The position numbers and the translations under genes are program-made. The notes under the pieces were generated by a model. That model was not told the DNA's origin, searched no databases, and saw nothing but the letters and a program-made list of their open reading frames with translations. A stretch of 62,605 nt of DNA from a virus (lineage: Duplodnaviria > Caudoviricetes), in the IMG/VR virus record IMGVR_UViG_3300048110_000198, positions 1-62,605 of that record; one strand, given 5' to 3'. How positions within the stretch are numbered: the stretch's first letter is position 1; every line of letters starts with the position of its first letter. Of the stretch, positions 56,221 through 62,605 are shown one piece after another.

Positions 56221-58716
56221 ATGAGTATAACAAAAGTAAGTAAGTTTGTTTTAGAAGATAACAGTGTATCTTTATTAAAACTAGACACTACTGGTGGATT
56301 TGAAGGACAAATATTGTCTATTGGTTCAGGTGGTATTATAGAATTTGAGGATAAATTAGTCACAGAGGATGTTGAAGACATTGTTGCTGGTTTACTAGTA
56401 AGAGGAAACCATACTAATATAGCTGTTACCTATGCTGATGGATCGAACCAATTAAACTTATCTGCTACTGGCGCAGTTACAAGTGTCAATGGACAAACAG
56501 GAGTTATAGTACTAGGAACAGATGATGTTGCTGAAGGTTCAACAAATTTATATTATACAGATGCTAGAGCGGACGCAAGAGCGCAATTAAAGATTGATGC
56601 ACTTGTAGATACAGCTCCAGGAACATTAGATACTCTAAACGAATTAGCTGCGGCTCTGGGTGATGACGCAGATTTCAGTACAACAATTACTACTAGTATT
56701 GCTACAAAACTTTCAACCGCTGATTTTAATACTACTTTTGATACACAACTTGCAACAAAAGATACGGATAACCTTTCTGAAGGATCAACAAATCTATATT
56801 ATACAGATGCAAGAGCAAGAGGCGCAATTAGTGCAACAGGTTCATTAAGTTATGACAATTCAACCGGTGTCATTTCTTTCACTATGCCTGCACAAACTAC
56901 TACAGCAATCACTGAAGGTACAAATTTATACTATACTGATGAGCGTGTAGATGATAGAGTGTCAAGTCTTTTAGTAGCTGGTACTAACACAAACATAACA
57001 TATGATGATAACGCAAATACTCTTACTATCTCCGCTACCTCAACTGGCGGCTTTGACTTATCATCAAATGATACAGATGATTTAGCAGAAGGCACGACAA
57101 ATTTATATTATACAGATACAAGAGCAAGAGCATCAATATCAGTAACAGATAATGGCGGCGATGGTTCTGTATCATATGATTCATCAACTGGTGTTATTTC
57201 TTATACTGGTCCAAGTGCTGCTGAAGTTAGAACACATATCTCTGGTGGAACTGGTGTAACTGTAACTAATGGTGAAATTGCTATAGGACAATCTGTAGCT
57301 ACAACAGATGATGTAGAATTTGCAGACTTAGTTCTAACTGGTGATCTAACAGTACAAGGTACTACAACTACAATCAACACTGAAACAATAAATCTTGCTG
57401 ATAATATTCTTCTATTAAATTCAAATGAAACTGGATCCCCAACACAATCTGGTGGTTTAGAAATTGAACGTGGTACAGCATTAAATGTACAATTCGTATG
57501 GGATGAAAATTTAGATCGTTGGTCGTTAGGCGCTGAAGATTTATACACAAGTGGCACGTTCTTGGGCGATGTGACTGGTGATGTAACTGGTACTGTTTCA
57601 TCGATTGCAAATCATGACACAGACGATTTAGCAGAAGGTACAAACTTATATTATACACAATCTAGAGTCGATGCAAGAGTTGCAGCAGGTTTTGCTATTA
57701 GATCAACAACAGATTTAAGTGAAGGTGCAAATTTATATTATACAGATGCAAGAGCAAGATCAGCAATCTCAGTATCAGGTGACTTAACATATAATTCATC
57801 TACTGGTGTTATATCAACACAAGGTTTAGCTTCATCAACTACTGATGATTTAGCAGAAGGTACTACAAATCTTTATTATACAGAATCAAGAACTGATACA
57901 CGTGTTAATATTTTAAGAACAGACCTTGGTGTATCAGGTGATGCAAATGTGCATTTTGATAATATTTCAAATATTCCAGCAGTTACTAAAGATGTATTAA
58001 CAGGTGATGGTACGAATTCTGCTTTTACTATGAGTGTAACACCAGGTAATGCAGATGCAGTGATCGTAACAATGAACGGTGTTACTCAAATGCCAGGATC
58101 TGACTATACAGTAAGTGGTACAACAATTACATTCACAACTACTCCACCATCAGGACAAGTTATTCTTGTTCGTCATGTTGGTTATCAGATTGTAGGATCT
58201 GTAGCAGATAATGACTTATCAATAACAGGCGGAACAATGACTGGATCAATTCTAGTAGGTACTGATGATGCATACGATCTTGGTAGTTCAACAAAACAGT
58301 GGCGTACTATTTATGGTCATGAAGTTGAATCTACATATGCTGACCTTGCAGAAAGATACGAAGCTGATAAAAAACTAGCAGTAGGTACAGTAGTAGTGTT
58401 TGGCGGAGATAAAGAAGTAACAGAATGTTTAGAAGAAATAGACGTATCTGTTGCTGGTATTATATCTGGAAAGCCTGCTCTTAAAATGAATTCAGATGCA
58501 GGATCAGATGATACACATCCATACATCGCTCTTAAAGGACGTGTGCCATGTCAAGTTATTGGTCCAGTATCTAAAGGCGATTTACTTGTAACTTCATCAA
58601 CTCCGGGCTTTGCTAAATCAGTTGGTAAGCGTGATATGGGCTGTGCAGTATTTGCAAAAGCAATTGAAACTAATTTAGAAAACGGCAGAAAACTAGTTGA
58701 AGTTGTAGTCATTTAA
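56221..58716 (+). CDS. Fibre-like virion protein with dispersed TDDLxEGxxNLYYT repeats and YADLAE domain
   Basis: About seven copies of the NLYYT module, APGTLDTLNELAAALGDD module, C-terminal YADLAERY domain. Confidence 0.7.
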   Translation: MSITKVSKFVLEDNSVSLLKLDTTGGFEGQILSIGSGGIIEFEDKLVTEDVEDIVAGLLVRGNHTNIAVTYADGSNQLNLSATGAVTSVNGQTGVIVLGTDDVAEGSTNLYYTDARADARAQLKIDALVDTAPGTLDTLNELAAALGDDADFSTTITTSIATKLSTADFNTTFDTQLATKDTDNLSEGSTNLYYTDARARGAISATGSLSYDNSTGVISFTMPAQTTTAITEGTNLYYTDERVDDRVSSLLVAGTNTNITYDDNANTLTISATSTGGFDLSSNDTDDLAEGTTNLYYTDTRARASISVTDNGGDGSVSYDSSTGVISYTGPSAAEVRTHISGGTGVTVTNGEIAIGQSVATTDDVEFADLVLTGDLTVQGTTTTINTETINLADNILLLNSNETGSPTQSGGLEIERGTALNVQFVWDENLDRWSLGAEDLYTSGTFLGDVTGDVTGTVSSIANHDTDDLAEGTNLYYTQSRVDARVAAGFAIRSTTDLSEGANLYYTDARARSAISVSGDLTYNSSTGVISTQGLASSTTDDLAEGTTNLYYTESRTDTRVNILRTDLGVSGDANVHFDNISNIPAVTKDVLTGDGTNSAFTMSVTPGNADAVIVTMNGVTQMPGSDYTVSGTTITFTTTPPSGQVILVRHVGYQIVGSVADNDLSITGGTMTGSILVGTDDAYDLGSSTKQWRTIYGHEVESTYADLAERYEADKKLAVGTVVVFGGDKEVTECLEEIDVSVAGIISGKPALKMNSDAGSDDTHPYIALKGRVPCQVIGPVSKGDLLVTSSTPGFAKSVGKRDMGCAVFAKAIETNLENGRKLVEVVVI

Positions 58717-58770
58717 TGCTATAATAAACTTTCAATAATTAACTATAAATTAAATTGTTTCAGTATTTGC

Positions 58771-58778
58771 GATAAATA
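58771..58778 (+). promoter_or_regulatory. Late promoter (GATAAATA)
   Basis: Intergenic xATAAATA motif about 75 nt upstream of the ATG at 58853. Confidence 0.55.
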
Positions 58779-58852
58779 CTGTTAGACGATGCTGATCCCC
58801 TATTCCAGTATTGTTTATAACAAATCGATTTTTATAGACGGGAGAATATAAT

Positions 58853-61174
58853 ATGGCTGCATATGCAATCCAATTCCGACGTGGTAATACTACTCAACAT
58901 AACTCTTTCACAGGTCTTCTGGGTGAGGTTACAGTTGATACAGACAAGAAAACTCTTGTCGTACACGACGGTTCAACAACAGGTGGTTTTCCACTAGCAC
59001 GTGAAGGTGCGGCATCGAACGCTTCGTCCGGTTCCTTTACTTCAAACGTGACTATCGGTGGTACACTTGATGTAACATCAACGGCATCTTTTTCAGATGA
59101 CGTAACAATCGCAGGTGACCTAGGTATGACAGGTCACATCATTCCATCAGCTAACATCACATATGACTTAGGTTCATTAACTCACATGTGGCGTGACGTA
59201 TACGTTGGTCCTGGCTCACTTTATGTTAACGGTAAGAAAGTTATCGAAGACAATGCGGGTACGATCAACATTACAACTGATGTAAACCAAAATCTAAAAG
59301 TAGAAACAACCGGTACAGGTTCTCTACAACTTTCATCAGCAGCAGGTATTTCTGTAAATGGTGAAGTGAATGCACTAACAGGCGATCTACAGTTTGGCGA
59401 TCACCTAGATATGAATTCAAATCGTATCAAAGAAGTTTCTGCTCCAGTAGACGGTGCGGATGCTGCAAACAAAACATATGTTGACTCAACAATTTCATCA
59501 CAACTTTCAGGTGGTTCACTAGCAGTTGATGCAACAACAGGTGACTTCTCGGGCGATGTTGCAGTTGGTGGTTCACTAACAGTAACAGGCACAGTGACAA
59601 CAGTTAACTCAGAAACAATTGAACTAGCAGATAACATTCTTCTACTAAATTCAAATGCTCTAGGTAACGCATCACAAAATGCTGGTCTTGAAGTTGAACG
59701 TGGTGACGACTTAAATGTTCAGTTACTATGGGACGAAACAAACAATCGTTGGTCAGTAGGCGCAGAAGATTTTAAAGCGGATACATTCATCGGTGATCTA
59801 ACAGGTGACGTAACTGGTACAGTTTCATCTCTTGCAAACCATGATTCTGATGATGTATCAGAAGGCACAGCGAATCGTTTCTATACGGCAGCACGCCAAA
59901 CAGCTATAGAAGCATATGCAGATTCAGCAGAAGCAGATGCAAAAATCTACACAGATAACCGTGAAACTGCAATCACAACAGCATACCAATCATATGCAGA
60001 TCAAGCAGAAACAGATGCGAGAGCATATACTGATACACGTGAAACTGCAATTACAACTGCATATCAATCATATGCAGACCAAGCAGAATCAGATGCAGAA
60101 GCAACAGCAGAAGCAAAAGATGCAGCACGTGCAACAGCGGCAAACGCATATGCAGATCAAGCAGAAGTAGACGCTAAAGCGTATACAGACACACGTGAAA
60201 CAGCTATCACAACTGCATACCAAACATATGCAGATACAGCACAGTCAGATGCAGAAGCAACAGCAGAAGCAAAAGATGCAGCACGTGCAACAGCTATCAC
60301 AACTGCATACGAAGCATACGCAGACCAAGCAGAAGTAGATGCGAAAGCATATACAGACACACGTGAAACTGCAATTACAACTGCATATCAATCATATGCA
60401 GATCAATCAGAAGTAGACGCTAAAGCGTATACAGACACACGTGAAACAGCTATCACAACTGCATACGAAGCATACGCAGATACAGTAGAAGTAGACGCTA
60501 AAGCGTATACGGATACACGTGAAACTGCAATCACTTCAGCATACGAAGCATACGCAGATACAGCAGAAGTAGACGCTAAAGCGTATACAGACACACGTGA
60601 GGCAGCTATCGAAACTGCTTATGAAGCATACGCAGACCAAGCAGAAGTAGACGCTAAAGCGTATACGGATACACGTGAAACTGCAATCACTTCAGCATAC
60701 ACATCAGCAATCTCAACAGCGGTAGCTGGAAAAGATAACACTGATGAAATTACTGAAGGCTCAACAAATCTGTACTTTACAGATGCAAGAGCAGATGCAC
60801 GTGTAGCTAATGCAACTGGTGTAAATCTAAGTATCGCTTCAAGAGATACAGATGATCTTTCAGAAGGTACATCAAATCTTTACTTTACAGATGCAAGAGC
60901 GGTAGCGGCAGTTAAATCAGCACTATCAATGACGCATTCAGGTGTATATGTTGTAACAGCAGCAGATGAAACAAATAACACTGGTTCATCACGTGCGATT
61001 TCAGCATCGGATCTAGGTTTCAATGTTGCAGGCACAGAAATTTATCAAGTATATCTAAACAGACAACTACTACGTCCAACAGAATATACTGTTAATACAT
61101 CTAACGGTACGCTTACTTTCGATGCGGATCTTCTAGCGGAGAACGATGAAATCGAAGCAGTAATCTACAGTTAA
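58853..61174 (+). CDS. Fibre protein with Mtd-N-like N-terminus and 26-aa coiled-coil repeats
   Basis: IQFRRG...GEVTVDTDKKTLVVHDG N-terminal motif; ETAITTAYxxYADQAExDAKAYTDTR repeats. Confidence 0.75.
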   Translation: MAAYAIQFRRGNTTQHNSFTGLLGEVTVDTDKKTLVVHDGSTTGGFPLAREGAASNASSGSFTSNVTIGGTLDVTSTASFSDDVTIAGDLGMTGHIIPSANITYDLGSLTHMWRDVYVGPGSLYVNGKKVIEDNAGTINITTDVNQNLKVETTGTGSLQLSSAAGISVNGEVNALTGDLQFGDHLDMNSNRIKEVSAPVDGADAANKTYVDSTISSQLSGGSLAVDATTGDFSGDVAVGGSLTVTGTVTTVNSETIELADNILLLNSNALGNASQNAGLEVERGDDLNVQLLWDETNNRWSVGAEDFKADTFIGDLTGDVTGTVSSLANHDSDDVSEGTANRFYTAARQTAIEAYADSAEADAKIYTDNRETAITTAYQSYADQAETDARAYTDTRETAITTAYQSYADQAESDAEATAEAKDAARATAANAYADQAEVDAKAYTDTRETAITTAYQTYADTAQSDAEATAEAKDAARATAITTAYEAYADQAEVDAKAYTDTRETAITTAYQSYADQSEVDAKAYTDTRETAITTAYEAYADTVEVDAKAYTDTRETAITSAYEAYADTAEVDAKAYTDTREAAIETAYEAYADQAEVDAKAYTDTRETAITSAYTSAISTAVAGKDNTDEITEGSTNLYFTDARADARVANATGVNLSIASRDTDDLSEGTSNLYFTDARAVAAVKSALSMTHSGVYVVTAADETNNTGSSRAISASDLGFNVAGTEIYQVYLNRQLLRPTEYTVNTSNGTLTFDADLLAENDEIEAVIYS
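59895..60700 (+). repeat. In-frame ~78-bp tandem repeat (about 10 imperfect copies)
   Basis: Recurrent acacgtgaaac...gcagaagtagacgctaaagcgtatac units encoding a 26-aa repeat. Confidence 0.85.
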
Positions 61175-61192
61175 TAACTTAACTTAGTCAAG

Positions 61193-61216
61193 GTCGGGGG
61201 AAGCCATTCCCCCGAC
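61193..61216 (+). terminator. Strong intergenic hairpin (terminator or RNA stability element; weak U-tract)
   Basis: GTCGGGGGAA-gcca-TTCCCCCGAC followed by TATT. Confidence 0.55.
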
Positions 61217-61284
61217 TATTGCATACATATCATTCAGATAGAGTATAGCTCGTACTAAGTAACTCACAATTTAAGGAGAGAAAA

Positions 61285-62605
61285 ATGGCATCAAGAAAAT
61301 TTAGAATTGGCGGTGTTATCCAATCATGGGGTCAATACATCCAATCACAAAAAGACAACAATCACAGCGATTTCACAAGCATCACAGATGAACGTGACGT
61401 TGTACTAAAAGTTGGTAAAGATGGTTCAATGGAACCAATCACAGGTGAGCCGGGCGCAGACGATATCGTATTCTCTGGTTCAAAATCAAACCTTCGTCGT
61501 ATTGCTGATATTGAACGTAACGTTTCAATTCTAGCAGCAAAACTTACAACAACAGACGGTGAAGCAACAGACACGAATGATGATGACTTTGATACAGTTG
61601 TTAACAAAGACACTAAGTTCAAAAAAGATGTTCAACTAGGTAACAGTTCAAGTGATGATATTACTGTTGGTGGTGCTCTATCAATTGACTCTACTCTAAC
61701 TCTTGGCACATCAGCAAAAGAAACGTTACAAGACTTAATCGGTGGAATGGTTACAGGTAACACTGAATCAGGTATCACAGTAACATATGATGATTCGTCA
61801 AATGAATTTGATTTTGATATCACATCAGCACCAAAATGGGAAACAGCACGTACTATTACACTTGGTGGCGATGCATCAGGTTCAGTATCAATTGACGGTA
61901 CAGCAAATGTTTCACTATCAGTTGCAATTGGTAACGATTCTCACACACACGATACTCGTTATTATACAAAAACTCAAGTGGATACAGAAATTGATAATCA
62001 TATCAATGCAGTAGTAGATGCTGCTCCAGGTACGTTAAACACACTTAACGAACTAGCTGCGGCTCTGGGCGACGATGCAAACTTTGCATCTACAACAACT
62101 GCTAACATTGCTGCAAAAGTTGATAAAACATCAGCACAAGCAATGAGAGCAACAGATGCACTAACAGTATCAAACGATACGATCACAATCCATAAAGGTG
62201 ACGGTACATCAGAATCAGTATCAATTTCAGATGCTAACACATGGCGCGGTATCTCAGATACACCAGGTGACGACTCAACAGTTTCAATCTCACGTAAGTG
62301 GGCAATGGACGCATTCGTTGGTGCATCAGTATCAAATGATACAATCACTTTTACAAAAGGTGACGGCACAACAACAGCAGTTACAACATCAGATGCAAAC
62401 TCAAATACGTATCTAACTGGTGCTTCATTCAGCACTTCAAATGGTGTTCTAACACTAACTAAAAACTCAGGTTCAGTGACAGTTGATCTAGACGGTCGTT
62501 TCACAGATAACGGTTATGCAGATACAATGAATCAGCATGTTCGCACAACTGATTCACCAACATTCGCAAACGTAACAGCAACAGCGTTTAACGGTACAGC
62601 AACAT
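61285..62605 (+). CDS. Fibre-like virion protein (partial, runs off the window end; not in the ORF track)
   Basis: AAGGAG Shine-Dalgarno, start MASRKFRIGG; contains ARTITLGGDASGSVSIDG, APGTLNTLNELAAALGDD and VTVDLDGR modules shared with neighbours. Confidence 0.8.
   Translation, partial: MASRKFRIGGVIQSWGQYIQSQKDNNHSDFTSITDERDVVLKVGKDGSMEPITGEPGADDIVFSGSKSNLRRIADIERNVSILAAKLTTTDGEATDTNDDDFDTVVNKDTKFKKDVQLGNSSSDDITVGGALSIDSTLTLGTSAKETLQDLIGGMVTGNTESGITVTYDDSSNEFDFDITSAPKWETARTITLGGDASGSVSIDGTANVSLSVAIGNDSHTHDTRYYTKTQVDTEIDNHINAVVDAAPGTLNTLNELAAALGDDANFASTTTANIAAKVDKTSAQAMRATDALTVSNDTITIHKGDGTSESVSISDANTWRGISDTPGDDSTVSISRKWAMDAFVGASVSNDTITFTKGDGTTTAVTTSDANSNTYLTGASFSTSNGVLTLTKNSGSVTVDLDGRFTDNGYADTMNQHVRTTDSPTFANVTATAFNGTAT

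Noticed and set aside
54744-60700. Tandem repeats as a CRISPR array
   Set aside because: The 57-bp and 78-bp units are in-frame coding repeats without unique spacers, and no cas genes are present.
58853-61174. Diversity-generating retroelement suggested by the Mtd-N-like domain
   Set aside because: No reverse transcriptase in the window and no template/variable repeat pair differing only at adenines was seen.
1-62605. Stop-codon reassignment as in some jumbo phages
   Set aside because: Genes are full length and densely packed under the standard code, and TAA, TGA and TAG all end genes (gp46 ends in TAG).

Overview
The window is a segment of a large, AT-rich, T4-like (jumbo-type) myovirus genome read with the standard genetic code. 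Left to right it holds: (i) a minus-strand operon with its own consensus sigma70 promoter, encoding at least five paralogous radical SAM enzymes with an N-terminal SPASM/twitch-like Cys cluster and three glycosyltransferase-like proteins; (ii) a minus-strand baseplate module (3015-aa and 1449-aa wedge proteins, gp25-, gp5-, gp53- and gp48/54-like proteins, and a 1557-aa lysozyme-hub protein), interrupted by an SGNH-like hydrolase and ClpP; (iii) gp55 late sigma factor, gp47, an SDR, gp46 and small accessory genes (Hc1-like, SutA-like, a membrane protein, a GIY-YIG nuclease); (iv) a gp26-like chaperone and a tape-measure-like gene; (v) the head module gp20, gp21, gp22, gp23; (vi) five modular fibre genes. 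The most notable signals outside the ORF track are a likely programmed -1 frameshift joining the gp26-like gene to an unlisted gp51-like ORF, a ~500-nt hairpin-rich non-coding region upstream of the GIY-YIG gene, a ~110-nt candidate sRNA with an anti-Shine-Dalgarno loop, and a 30-bp motif shared by three divergent promoter regions. All product calls come from motif recognition by eye; no database searches were run.
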